A DNA stretch of 49,619 bases. It comes from Chthonomonas calidirosea. Lineage in GTDB: Bacteria > Armatimonadota > Fimbriimonadia > Fimbriimonadales > Fimbriimonadaceae. The position numbers and the translations under genes are program-made. Positions within the stretch are counted from its first letter, which is position 1, and each line of letters begins with the position of its first letter. The notes below the pieces were generated by a model. That model did no database searches. It had not been told where the DNA came from and worked only from the letters and a program-made list of their open reading frames with translations. The DNA lies in the NCBI GenBank assembly GCA_945859975.1, contig CAMAPH010000019.1, positions 1 through 49,619 on the forward strand. The letters run 5' to 3'. Shown one piece after another: positions 36,268 to 45,938 of this stretch.

Positions 36268-36918
36268 GGTCTGAATCTCCATCAAACTAGGCGCGCGGTC
36301 ACTCTCCCACTCCTTCGTGGCGTGCGAGAGGTCGAGGTGCTTCGTGAGGTCGTTGGGAAAGGCAATGATATTCAGTCCCGCATCCAGTGCCGCGGTAATG
36401 CCGTTTGCCGAATCTTCGAGGGCAAACGCATCTTGCGCGCTCACTCCAAGTCTTCGGATCGCCTCCAGATACAGGTCTGGAAACGGCTTTGCGCGAGGAA
36501 CGTCATCTGCGCAGACGACGGTTTCAAAGTAGTTCCACAGCCCGAGCCGACTGAGATGCGTGTCGACCCACCCGTGCTTACTGCTGCTAGCCACCGCGAG
36601 CGGAACCGCTCCGTGGGCCTCGGTGATTAGCTCGACAATGCCCGGTCGCGCGAAGCGCTCATCAATGATGTCCAGGCGACGGCGGTTGGCCCTCCGCTCG
36701 ATCTCGGCGATGTTGGACAACTCCGGTACCGCTTCCTGCAAAAGATCAATGGTCCGTTTGGTGATCTGCTCAGCCCCACGTCCAACCGCCCAGAGGAAGT
36801 ACTCCTCGGGAAAAGGAGCACCGTGGGCCTCAAATTCCGGCCGCCAAGCCTCAACTTCGGCGGTCTCGGTATCCAGAATCAGTCCATCGAAGTCGAAAAT
36901 GAGAGCGGCGAGCGGCAC
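36247..36918 (-). CDS. HAD-family hydrolase (subfamily IA)
   Basis: IFDFDGLILDTE, VASSS, KPFPDLY and LEDSANG. Confidence 0.93.
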   Translation of the reverse strand: MPLAALIFDFDGLILDTETAEVEAWRPEFEAHGAPFPEEYFLWAVGRGAEQITKRTIDLLQEAVPELSNIAEIERRANRRRLDIIDERFARPGIVELITEAHGAVPLAVASSSKHGWVDTHLSRLGLWNYFETVVCADDVPRAKPFPDLYLEAIRRLGVSAQDAFALEDSANGITAALDAGLNIIAFPNDLTKHLDLSHATKEWESDRAPSLMEIQTLLESIR

Positions 36919-36950
36919 GCTAAGAAAGTACCTGCGCTATTCTTGAACAC

Positions 36951-37859
36951 ATGAAGACCGCTCCGACAAAGCTGTTGGCAGGTGGCAACGAAATCGATCA
37001 ATCGCCGGAGCGATTTGGCTGGCTCCGGGAAAGCAACGACGCCGTTGGCAACTTCGAAGAGTTGCGACGACGGATGGATGCGGACGGCTATCTGTTCATT
37101 CGCGACTTCCACCCACGGGTGGAAATCGAAGCCGTCCGATCTGAGATCATGGCCGCCTTCGCTGCCGAAGGACTTCTCGATCCGACTTTCCCAATTGCGG
37201 ACGGGCGTCACATCCCAGACCAGAATCCGTACTTCCGCCCGGATCTGGCAAAGAAGAATGAAAAGCTCCTTCAGGTCGTCTATGGCCCGCGAATGATGGC
37301 TTTCTATTCCGGCCTCTTGGGTGCGGAGGCCATGCACTACGACTTCACGTGGTTCCGGGCGATCGGCAAAGGTGGCGGCACGATGCCGCATTGCGATGTG
37401 GTTTACATGGGTCGAGGGACGCATCAGCTCTACACGGCTTGGGTGCCTTACGGCGACATTCCGCTTGAAGTCGGCGGCTTGGTTGTGGTGGAGGGCTCCC
37501 ACCGCTGGTCAGAACTCGATACCTATCGTTCAATGGATGTGGATACGGCTTGCAAGAACGTTCCGGGCAAAAGTCAAACCGAAGCAAGCGGCCACGGATT
37601 TGGCGTTTATGAACCGAAAGTCACCGACGTTCTGGAGAAGTTTGACGCTCGGCTGTTAACCTGCGAGGAATATCGGATGGGAGACTTGCTCACGTTCAAC
37701 GTGCACTTGCTGCACGGATCTCTCGATAATCAGCAGAACGTGATTCGGATTTCGTCCGACACCCGCTATCAGTTGGCGAGCGAGCCGGTAGACGAACGTT
37801 GGATCGGCGAGGAGCCACCGGCACACGGTGGCTCCTCGATCCGAGAGATGATTTGCTGA
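36951..37859 (+). CDS. Phytanoyl-CoA dioxygenase (PhyH) family Fe(II)/2OG oxygenase
   Basis: PHCDVVYMGRGT (HxD), TAWVPYGD, GSH, GDLLTF...LLHGS and RISSDTRYQ. Confidence 0.9.
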   Translation: MKTAPTKLLAGGNEIDQSPERFGWLRESNDAVGNFEELRRRMDADGYLFIRDFHPRVEIEAVRSEIMAAFAAEGLLDPTFPIADGRHIPDQNPYFRPDLAKKNEKLLQVVYGPRMMAFYSGLLGAEAMHYDFTWFRAIGKGGGTMPHCDVVYMGRGTHQLYTAWVPYGDIPLEVGGLVVVEGSHRWSELDTYRSMDVDTACKNVPGKSQTEASGHGFGVYEPKVTDVLEKFDARLLTCEEYRMGDLLTFNVHLLHGSLDNQQNVIRISSDTRYQLASEPVDERWIGEEPPAHGGSSIREMIC

Positions 37860-37862
37860 TCC

Positions 37863-38420
37863 TTACTTAGGAAGCAAAACGGTGTCGATGACGTGGATCA
37901 CGCCGTTCGACTGCATAACATCGTAGGTCGAGATCGAAGCGGTGTTGCCGCTCTCGTCCGTGATCACAACGTTTGCTGGGCCGTTCATGCTGAGCGTGAG
38001 TTCATTACCGGCAAGTGTCTTGACCTTTGCGGAACCGTTGTTCTTCTTGATAAGGCCCATTACGTCCTTGCTCGTGAAGTTGCCGGCGACGACGTGATAG
38101 GTGAGAACCTTAGTCAAGGTTGCCTTGTTCTCTGGCTTCAGCAAGGTGTCGACCGTTCCGGATGGAAGGGCGGCGAAAGCATTGTTGGTTGGAGCGAAGA
38201 CCGTGAAAGGTCCCTTGCTGGCGAGGGCATCGACCAGACCAGCGGCCTTAACGGCAGCAACGAGAGTCGTGTGCTGCTTGGAGTTGACTGCGTTTTCAAC
38301 GATGTTCTTTGACTTCGACATCGGTGCTCCACCAACCATTGGATTAGCATCCATGGTTTGGGCGAACACGAGGGCCGAGATGGCGAGCGCAGGAATGGCG
38401 ACGAGGAATTTCTTGTTCAT
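37863..38420 (-). CDS. Secreted fasciclin (FAS1) domain protein
   Basis: Signal peptide MNKKFLVAIPALAISALVFA; FTVFAPTNNAF, LTYHVV and NGVIHVIDTVLLP. Confidence 0.95.
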   Translation of the reverse strand: MNKKFLVAIPALAISALVFAQTMDANPMVGGAPMSKSKNIVENAVNSKQHTTLVAAVKAAGLVDALASKGPFTVFAPTNNAFAALPSGTVDTLLKPENKATLTKVLTYHVVAGNFTSKDVMGLIKKNNGSAKVKTLAGNELTLSMNGPANVVITDESGNTASISTYDVMQSNGVIHVIDTVLLPK

Positions 38421-38430
38421 GGTGACCTGT

Positions 38431-38447
38431 ATCGCAATTATTGCGAT
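38431..38447. promoter_or_regulatory. Perfect 8-1-8 palindrome upstream of the fasciclin gene, putative operator
   Basis: ATCGCAAT-T-ATTGCGAT, 10 nt upstream of the start codon. Confidence 0.5.
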
Positions 38448-38585
38448 CTCTACAGCAATATGAACGCCTTCTGTCAAAAATTCGTTCGCAATCTTTTCTG
38501 ACTTTTCTTTGTTACGAGCCTTCTAGCTCTTTCCACAGCATCGAAAATCCGGACATCGGTAAGTCTGCAGGTACCCTGTAGCTCA

Positions 38586-40232
38586 ATGTCCTTAGTTCAA
38601 GTCATCCCCCTTGGTGGAGTCGGCGAGATCGGCAAAAACTGCACCGTCGTTCGCCAAGGAGATGACATCGTTGTCATCGATTGCGGTCTCAGCTTCCCAG
38701 ATGAAGAGATGTTCGGTGTTAACATCGTCATCCCCGATTTCACTTATCTCTTCGAAAACTCCTCAAAGATTCGCGGCGTTTTCCTTACTCACGCTCACGA
38801 AGACCACGTCGGCAGCCTCACCTGGCTGCTCGAAAAGGTGAAGGTTCCGGTCTACTGCACCGAATTCACCGCTGCTCTCATTCGATCCAAACTCGAAGAA
38901 AAGCTCGACAAGTCCCGCATCGACGTTCGCATCTTCAAACCCGGCGATGTGATCAAAGCGGGCGATATCGAAGTCGAGCCCGTTCGCATCACCCACTCTA
39001 TTCCCGAAAACTGCGGAATGGCGGTTCGCACGATCCACGGCATCGTCTTCTTCACCGGCGACTTCAAGTTCGATTTCACTCCGGTTGACGGCAAGCACAC
39101 TAACATGGCTCGCCTTTCCGAGATGGGCGCAGAAGGCGTCCTTGCCCTCTTTAGCGACTCCACGAACGTTGACCGACCAGGCTGGGGACCGAGCGAAAGC
39201 ACGGTTACCGAGGGTCTTCGCGCCGTCTTCCAGGAAGCTAAAGGTCGCGTCCTTCTGACTACGTTCGCGAGCAACATTCACCGAATGCAACAGGTGTTTG
39301 ATGTCGCCGGCGAAACCGGCCGCAAGGTCGCCGTCGTCGGTCGCCGAATGGAGCAGAACCTCGAGACCTGCGAGCGACTCGGCTACGTCAAGATTCCGCG
39401 TGGAACCAAGATCAAGCTCGAAGAAATGAGCTTGTATCCCGACGAGCAGCTAGCCGTACTCACCACCGGAAGCCAAGGCGAACCGATGAGCGCGCTGGTT
39501 CAGATGAGCAAAGGCTCGTACGGACGAATGCAGATTCGCCCCGGCGACACCTTGATCTACTCGGCTCGCCCTATCCCAGGAAACGAAGCGTCGATCTGGC
39601 GCACGATCAACCGACTGTTCGACCAAGGCTGTAAGGTCGTTTACGAGGCTTCCCTCCCGGTTCACGTTTCTGGTCACGCCTATCAGGAAGAGCTGAAAAT
39701 GATGCTCAGCCTGACCCGGCCGTTCTACGTCGCCCCGGTCCACGGCGAAGCCCGCCACCAGTTCGCATACAATAACATTGCGCGAGGAATGGGCATACCG
39801 GAGCACCGGATCTTCACCATGAAGCCCGGCGTTCCCCTGGAGTTCACCGAAACCAGCGCCCAACTCGGCGACGAAGTCACCCACGGAGAAGTGCTGATTG
39901 ACAATGCAGGAAACACCGGCATCACCGAGTCGGTACTGAAGGACCGATACACCATAGCCAACGACGGTGTTGTCATCGTGACTGTCCCGATGGACGTGAA
40001 GAAAGGCACGCTCGCTGCCCCGCCGATGGTCCAAGCCCGCGCGTTTAGCGGAGACGAGAAAGCCCTCGCCCTGGCGCAAGAGGCAGTCCACGATGCAATC
40101 AACCAACTCAAGCGCGAAGACGCCCAGGACATGTTCCGAGTCAAGGCTGACGCGACGGATGTGACGAAGCGCATCTTAGTCAAGAGAGCCGGTGTTCGGC
40201 CACTCGTGATCTCGGTAGTCGTTGAAGTCTAA
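38586..40232 (+). CDS. rnj: Ribonuclease J
   Basis: LGGVGEIGKN, THAHEDH, HSIP, TGDFKFD, FASNIHR, HVSGH and PVHGE. Confidence 0.97.
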   Translation: MSLVQVIPLGGVGEIGKNCTVVRQGDDIVVIDCGLSFPDEEMFGVNIVIPDFTYLFENSSKIRGVFLTHAHEDHVGSLTWLLEKVKVPVYCTEFTAALIRSKLEEKLDKSRIDVRIFKPGDVIKAGDIEVEPVRITHSIPENCGMAVRTIHGIVFFTGDFKFDFTPVDGKHTNMARLSEMGAEGVLALFSDSTNVDRPGWGPSESTVTEGLRAVFQEAKGRVLLTTFASNIHRMQQVFDVAGETGRKVAVVGRRMEQNLETCERLGYVKIPRGTKIKLEEMSLYPDEQLAVLTTGSQGEPMSALVQMSKGSYGRMQIRPGDTLIYSARPIPGNEASIWRTINRLFDQGCKVVYEASLPVHVSGHAYQEELKMMLSLTRPFYVAPVHGEARHQFAYNNIARGMGIPEHRIFTMKPGVPLEFTETSAQLGDEVTHGEVLIDNAGNTGITESVLKDRYTIANDGVVIVTVPMDVKKGTLAAPPMVQARAFSGDEKALALAQEAVHDAINQLKREDAQDMFRVKADATDVTKRILVKRAGVRPLVISVVVEV

Positions 40233-40624
40233 CGGCCGAGAAACGCCTGCATCCGGTCCAAAGTCTCCGCACTGACGTGGTGTTCGATGCCTTCGGCATC
40301 GACTTCCGCCGTCGTCGGAGACACGCCGATGGCAAGCAGAAATGCCAAAACCAGCTCGTGCCGGACCTTTGCCTGATCGGCAAGGGTCTGGCCAGCGTCA
40401 GTAAGGAAAATCGATCGGTACGGTAACGCGGTCACAAGGCCGTCGCGCTGAAGGCGGCGCACGGTCTTCGAAACCGTAACATGGCTGATGCCGAGACGTC
40501 CGGCTAAATCAGTGGCTCGCGCCTCGCCGGTTTCCCGAATCAGGAGGTCGATGAGTTCAACATAGTCCTCCGCGCGTTCTCGGCTGTGGTCATCACGCGT
40601 GCGCTGAAAGGGATTCGTCTCCAT
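40229..40624 (-). CDS. mntR: Manganese-binding regulator MntR (DtxR family)
   Basis: EDYVELI, GEARATDLA, PYRSIFLT, RHELV and DAEGIEHHVS. Alternative start at 40642. Confidence 0.9.
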   Translation of the reverse strand: METNPFQRTRDDHSRERAEDYVELIDLLIRETGEARATDLAGRLGISHVTVSKTVRRLQRDGLVTALPYRSIFLTDAGQTLADQAKVRHELVLAFLLAIGVSPTTAEVDAEGIEHHVSAETLDRMQAFLGR

Positions 40625-40664
40625 GTTCAATCCGTTCGACAATTATTCGGTACCCTACCCCTTA

Positions 40665-41354
40665 GTGACGGACAGGCCGTACGTTGAGTTCCGGGACGTA
40701 CACGTAAGCTACCCCGGTCAAGTCCAAGGATTGGACGGCGTAACTCTGCAAATTGGACGTGGAGAGTTCGTCTTTATCGTCGGTCGTACTGGCGCGGGTA
40801 AGAGCACCCTCATCAAAGTGCTTACCCGAGAAGTTCGCCACACCTCGGGCGAGGTCCGCATCGATGGCCAAGAAGTCGGCGATTATAACGATCGGACGGT
40901 ATTCCGCCTTCGTCGCCAAATGGGCATCGTCCCGCAAGATTTTGCCTTGCTTCCCAACAAGCGGGTCTGGGAAAACGTCGCCTATGCCATGCGCGCCGTT
41001 GGGCATACGAAGCGAGAAGTGCGGCGAGAAGTGCCCGCAATCCTCGAACAAGTTCAGATCGCGCATCGCGCTGACGCCCTTCCGCACCAACTTTCGGGCG
41101 GCGAACAACAGCGCGTTGCCATCGGTCGCGCGCTGATCAACAAGCCCCCGCTGCTCATTGCCGACGAGCCCACCGGCAATCTCGATCCAGACCACTCAGC
41201 CGAAGTTATGGATCTACTCGTGAAACTAAACCTGGAGGGCATGACCATTCTCATAGCCAGCCACGACATGCCGGTTGTCGAGCGCTACGGACGGCGTGTC
41301 ATTCGTCTGGATCACGGAAAGATCGTGGAGGATTCGCTTGCTCGACCGGATTAG
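40665..41354 (+). CDS. ftsE: Cell division ATP-binding protein FtsE
   Basis: GRTGAGKST, LRRQMGIVPQDF, LSGGEQQRV and ADEPTGNLD; precedes ftsX. GTG 40665 preferred over 40623, which overlaps mntR. Confidence 0.92.
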   Translation: MTDRPYVEFRDVHVSYPGQVQGLDGVTLQIGRGEFVFIVGRTGAGKSTLIKVLTREVRHTSGEVRIDGQEVGDYNDRTVFRLRRQMGIVPQDFALLPNKRVWENVAYAMRAVGHTKREVRREVPAILEQVQIAHRADALPHQLSGGEQQRVAIGRALINKPPLLIADEPTGNLDPDHSAEVMDLLVKLNLEGMTILIASHDMPVVERYGRRVIRLDHGKIVEDSLARPD

Positions 41355-42213
41355 CTTTATTCTCGGCGAAGCCTTCGAGGCGATCCGTCGAAATCTGACG
41401 ATGACCTACGCGGCCATCGCGACCGTTGCCCTCACCCTCTTCCTTTTCGGCGGCGTCGGCTACTCGTACTTCCATCTTAATAAGCTGTCCGAATCGCTTA
41501 CGGGCAAGTTCGAAATGCGCGCCTACATGGTGGATGGGGCGAAGATTCCGCAGGTTCAAGCCACCGCGAAAGCGATCCGCGAAATTCCCGGCGTGGCCGT
41601 TGTGAACTGGATTCCCAAAGACCGTGCGTGGGAACGAGAAAAGGCGAAGTACAAACCTGAAGTTACGGACGGGATCGAGAATCCTCTTCCAGAGGCATTT
41701 AAGATTATCCTCTCGGACCTCAAGAAGGCGGACTCCGTTGCGGCAAGTGTTCGCGCTTTGCCGAACCTTGATCCAGAGCGCGGGGTGGAATATCTCCGAG
41801 ACGAGCAGCGCCTGCTTGAACAAACTCGCTCGTTCCTCAACTGGCTCGCAACCGGTCTTGGTGGGCTGCTACTGCTCACCAGCGGCATCCTGATCTACAA
41901 CGCAATCCGTTTGGCCGTCTTCTCTCGACGCCGCGAGGCTCGCGTGATGATGCTGGTTGGCGCATCCCGATTCAGCGTCCGCGTTCCATATCTCATCGAG
42001 GGCTTCATTTACGGAACTGTCGGAGGAATCCTAGCGACCGGAATGTTGTACGCCGCGCAGCGGGCCATCGAGAGCCGCCTGCTGGACCAAACCGCCTTCG
42101 CCGGCCTGCCGCCGTTCCCGATCCTCCCTGGCTTGGCACTGCTATCCATCGTCGGCGCGGTCTACGGACTTGTCTGCTCCTACATCGCCATCCTGGTGCC
42201 GATGAAGCCATGA
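41338..42213 (+). CDS. ftsX: Cell division permease FtsX
   Basis: TTG start after GGAGG; ENPLPEAF, IYNAIRLAVFSRRRE, MMLVGAS and PYLIEG. Confidence 0.93.
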   Translation: MLDRISFILGEAFEAIRRNLTMTYAAIATVALTLFLFGGVGYSYFHLNKLSESLTGKFEMRAYMVDGAKIPQVQATAKAIREIPGVAVVNWIPKDRAWEREKAKYKPEVTDGIENPLPEAFKIILSDLKKADSVAASVRALPNLDPERGVEYLRDEQRLLEQTRSFLNWLATGLGGLLLLTSGILIYNAIRLAVFSRRREARVMMLVGASRFSVRVPYLIEGFIYGTVGGILATGMLYAAQRAIESRLLDQTAFAGLPPFPILPGLALLSIVGAVYGLVCSYIAILVPMKP

Positions 42214-43364
42214 GAACTCGGTTCCTTGCTCTGGCAATCGTGTCTGTTGCGCTCGTTTCCAGCGAAGCCATCGCCCAATCCAAATCCGGCACGGCAAAAA
42301 ATCCCAAATCGCTCAGCCGAAAACTGAATCAAGTTAAATCGCAAAAGAGCCGCGTCGCCGCCGAGCTTCGAGCGACCACTCAAAAAGCCCGCGTGGTCAC
42401 GACTGACCTTCGCACTTTGGAAGCCCGCCTGGAATCGCTCGGCGAACAGGTCGAGGAAACCCGCGCAAACCTTCATTCAAACCGCGCTGAGCAGGTCAAG
42501 CTCGCGGAAAACCTGAAGCAAATGGAAGTGCTGGTCGCAGAGACTCGCGCCAAAGTCCGCTCGCGGCTCCGCGCGATGTACATGCAAACCAACGGCAGCT
42601 ACATCAGCATCGTATCCGGCGCGCAGACCGTCGGCGATTTCGTCAGCCGTTCCGGAATGCTCCAAACGATTGCCGAAAAGGATCGCGAGCTGTTCGACCG
42701 GTACGAATCGCTCACCCGAAACGTGAGCGAAAAGAAGCGGCAGCAAGACTCGGTCGTGCGGCAATACGAGAAGCTTCGGGCGTTCGAAGATCGAAAAGAA
42801 GCTGAACTCAGCGATGTTCGGGAAGAAAAGAGCATCGCCCTCAAACAACTGCGGAGCCGACAAGCCGAGCTCAAAAAGCTCCTGCAGCAGTTCCAAGCGG
42901 ACGAGCGAAACATCGCTGCGGAAATTGCCGCTTATAACCGCCGGATCAAGAAGAACCCAAAGACAGCGCGAAAGCCGTTCAAAGGACGATTCATGCGCCC
43001 GGTGAACGCGCCCGTGACCAGCGGCTTCGGCAACCGATTCCATCCGATCCTTCGCATCAGCCGGCTCCACGCCGGAACCGATTTCGGAGCGCGAAGCGGA
43101 TCCCCCATCTTCGCCGTTGCGGATGGAACGGTGATCTCCGCCTCGTACAGCGGCGGCTATGGCAACCGAATCATCCTTGACCACGGCGGCGGGCTCACGA
43201 CGGTCTATGCTCACTGCAGCAGCCTCGCCGTCCGTGCCGGGCAAACCGTCCGCCAGGGCCAACGCATCGGTGCCGTCGGTTCAACCGGCCTCAGCACCGG
43301 TCCGCACTTGCACTTCGAAATGAGAGTCAACGGCCGACCCGTGAACCCAATGTCTCGACTTTAG
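42210..43364 (+). CDS. EnvC-like coiled-coil protein with an M23 peptidase domain
   Basis: Signal peptide, long coiled coil, HAGTD, GYGN, YAH and STGPHLHFE; metal ligands intact. Confidence 0.92.
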   Translation: MRTRFLALAIVSVALVSSEAIAQSKSGTAKNPKSLSRKLNQVKSQKSRVAAELRATTQKARVVTTDLRTLEARLESLGEQVEETRANLHSNRAEQVKLAENLKQMEVLVAETRAKVRSRLRAMYMQTNGSYISIVSGAQTVGDFVSRSGMLQTIAEKDRELFDRYESLTRNVSEKKRQQDSVVRQYEKLRAFEDRKEAELSDVREEKSIALKQLRSRQAELKKLLQQFQADERNIAAEIAAYNRRIKKNPKTARKPFKGRFMRPVNAPVTSGFGNRFHPILRISRLHAGTDFGARSGSPIFAVADGTVISASYSGGYGNRIILDHGGGLTTVYAHCSSLAVRAGQTVRQGQRIGAVGSTGLSTGPHLHFEMRVNGRPVNPMSRL

Positions 43365-43398
43365 GTTCCCGCGGCGGTTGGACTAGAATGATCCGACA

Positions 43399-44616
43399 TT
43401 GAAGCAGCGCTATCTCCTCGTCCTATTCCTCGCTTGGCTAGGGTGGGTGTTCGACATCATGGACACGGCGCTGTTCAACTTTGCCAAGATCCCGATGCTG
43501 ACCCAGATGCTGGGTGAAGCGCGTTACAAAGAGATCGGCACGGCGCTTGAAGGCCAGATCCAGACGGTTTTTCTGGTCGGCTGGTCGCTTGGTGGGCTTA
43601 TCTTCGGCATCCTTGCTGACCGTTGGGGTCGAACCCAGGTGCTCATCACCACGATCCTGATGTACTCCCTGTTCACGGGACTTACCGGGTTCTGCCAAAC
43701 CCCCGAGCAGGTGATGATCGCGAGGTTCATCACCGCGCTCGGGATCGGGGGCGAATGGGCGGCGGGGGCGGCACTTGTGGCGGAAAGCGTGCCCGCCAAT
43801 TTCCGGGCCCGTGCGAGTGGGTTCTTGCAGTCTGCGGCCGCCTTTGGACCTTGGTTTGCCGCCATCGCGAACCTCAGCGTGCCCGCCGAGCAGTGGCAGG
43901 CCCTGTTCTTTGTTGGAGCGATTCCTGCGCTGCTTTGCTTCTTCTTCCGATTCAAGTCACAAAACGAGGAAGCCGCACCTAAGCCGGACAGCGGCAAGTT
44001 CTCCGACCTTTTCGCCTCTGTGGATCAGCGGCGACGGACGATTTCTGCTGTGCTGCTCGGGGTAGTAGGCGTCACCGGGGCGGGAATTCTGCCATTCTGG
44101 CTACCGAACCTTATCAAGCAAGCCGGGGCTGGTTTGGCTCCGGAGGCGTCGAAGCAGTTCCTCAGCCTCAACACGTTCACCATTCACATCGGAACCCTGA
44201 TTGGCGTTCTGCTTTTTCCGCTGATTGCCGACCGAATTGGACGACGCCCGGCGTTTGCGGTTTTCTTCATCGGCGCACCACTTTCCGCGTACCTCGCGCT
44301 TTCCGGAACGCCGGATTTGGGTAGGTTGCTTTGGCTGCTTCCGGTCGCCACCTTCTTCTCGATCGGTCTTTCATCCGGGTTCGTTTTGTACTTCCCCGAG
44401 CTGTTTCCCTCCCGATTGCGGGCGACCGGATCGGGTCTGGCATACAACGTCGGCCGCGTCGTGAGTGCGCCAGTTCCGGCTCTCATGGGCGCGCTGATGT
44501 CGAGCAACCAAGGCAACATTGCCTTGGTCGTTGTAGTGGCCGGCGGGATCTACGTGATCGGTCTGCTAGCGCTGGTCTGGGCACCGGAGACCAAAGGTCT
44601 TCCGCTGCCCAGTTAA
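43399..44616 (+). CDS. MFS transporter
   Basis: GILADRWGRT motif A, GIGGEWAAGAALVAE and ELFPSRLRATG. Confidence 0.93.
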   Translation: MKQRYLLVLFLAWLGWVFDIMDTALFNFAKIPMLTQMLGEARYKEIGTALEGQIQTVFLVGWSLGGLIFGILADRWGRTQVLITTILMYSLFTGLTGFCQTPEQVMIARFITALGIGGEWAAGAALVAESVPANFRARASGFLQSAAAFGPWFAAIANLSVPAEQWQALFFVGAIPALLCFFFRFKSQNEEAAPKPDSGKFSDLFASVDQRRRTISAVLLGVVGVTGAGILPFWLPNLIKQAGAGLAPEASKQFLSLNTFTIHIGTLIGVLLFPLIADRIGRRPAFAVFFIGAPLSAYLALSGTPDLGRLLWLLPVATFFSIGLSSGFVLYFPELFPSRLRATGSGLAYNVGRVVSAPVPALMGALMSSNQGNIALVVVVAGGIYVIGLLALVWAPETKGLPLPS

Positions 44617-44621
44617 TCAGC

Positions 44622-45158
44622 TCAGAACATGCAGCCGCTGATCGTCGACTTCGAGATCGAAGCGAGTTTCAGGGACGGCAGAGCTGCGCCGTGCTTTCGC
44701 ATGGCCGCAACGGCTTCCTCAAGGTGAGCGCGGGAGACTCCGGTCCAGATCTCCGGGTATCTCGGCTTTCCGGTCTTCGTAGCGACGAAGGTGAAATCCG
44801 CCCCGCGTTCGGCCTTAAAGCCCCGAATCGCTACCCCCTTAATGTCCGCAAGGACCGGAACCGCGAGCCCCACTTTCACAGCATTCGCCCGGACCTCGGC
44901 CAGTGTCCCATCCATCACCACGAGAACTTGCGCCTTTCCGGCGAGCTCTTTTGCAAGGCCGTTAATCCCCGGTGTTGCCTTCGGATTTGCCGGACAGTTC
45001 TTCTTCAGAAAGAAGATGAACGTCGGCTTACCAACGAGGCTCTTCTCCGTGTACGTCTTGCCGTCGGATGCAGAAAGCCGGAACGCCGGTGCCTCGTACT
45101 TGCATGCAAACGTCGATCCCACCAGGACCAAAAGGCCAAGACTCAGCAAGCTTCGCAT
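44622..45158 (-). CDS. Exported redoxin (AhpC/TSA-like thioredoxin fold) protein
   Basis: Signal-like N-terminus; APAFRLSASDGK; CPAN in place of CxxC; PVLAD; C-terminal GC motif. Confidence 0.7.
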   Translation of the reverse strand: MRSLLSLGLLVLVGSTFACKYEAPAFRLSASDGKTYTEKSLVGKPTFIFFLKKNCPANPKATPGINGLAKELAGKAQVLVVMDGTLAEVRANAVKVGLAVPVLADIKGVAIRGFKAERGADFTFVATKTGKPRYPEIWTGVSRAHLEEAVAAMRKHGAALPSLKLASISKSTISGCMF

Positions 45159-45877
45159 CAGTTTCGCCCCTCGTTTCGTGGATCGTAGTTACCGGCAAAG
45201 ATGCCTCGATCGAGGTCTCGCCACCACGTTTGTGACCACTTGCCAAACTTAGCGTGGCCATCCACATACGTGTAGTTCTGCCCGCCGGAGAACGCCGTTA
45301 GCTTCAGCTCCTTCGTCAGACCAGTTACCGGATCGAACGTCAGGTTCTGCATGAAGCCGCTCGTTTCCTCGCTTGGAGTTCCCCAATAGAAAGGGTGGAA
45401 GTGGTCGCGCACGATGTTGTCATTCGCCTGCGCGATGTAGATCGTACTTGCCGGTCCCACGATTGAGCTCGTGGTCGCGAACTTGCCCGACTGATAGCCT
45501 CCGCTCATGAAGGCGTTCAGGAAGTAGCTCGACATCCGGTAGTTCAAGAAGGTCGGATCGGTCACCGGCAAACTCGCCGGTGGCCAATTGTTGGATTGGT
45601 CGGAAGGCGATCGGTAGATCGCCCGGTTCTTGATGTACGGCTGCACCTGAGTTGTCCAGGTGTTCTCCTTCACCGGGAAGCTAGACAGCGGGAAGTAGTC
45701 GTCGAAGTCGTTGGCGTACATGAGGAACGCCACTCCGAGCTGACGGCAGTTGCTTAGATCCTGAGTTTTCTTCGCGGCTTCCTTTGCCTGGGCAAAGACC
45801 GGGAACAGGATGGCGGCAAGGATCGCAATGATTGCGATGACGACGAGAAGTTCGATAAGCGTGAATGCCTTTTTCAT
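45158..45877 (-). CDS. Prepilin-type N-terminal cleavage/methylation domain protein
   Basis: KKAFTLIELLVVIAIIAILAAILFPVFAQAK; LSNCRQLG; GGQNYTYVDGHAK; internal DHFH. Confidence 0.93.
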   Translation of the reverse strand: MKKAFTLIELLVVIAIIAILAAILFPVFAQAKEAAKKTQDLSNCRQLGVAFLMYANDFDDYFPLSSFPVKENTWTTQVQPYIKNRAIYRSPSDQSNNWPPASLPVTDPTFLNYRMSSYFLNAFMSGGYQSGKFATTSSIVGPASTIYIAQANDNIVRDHFHPFYWGTPSEETSGFMQNLTFDPVTGLTKELKLTAFSGGQNYTYVDGHAKFGKWSQTWWRDLDRGIFAGNYDPRNEGRN

Positions 45878-45938
45878 TTTCGTAACGCGTAGCGTCAGGC
45901 CAAGTGATTTGGCGGACCGGCGAGATATGGGATGGGCG

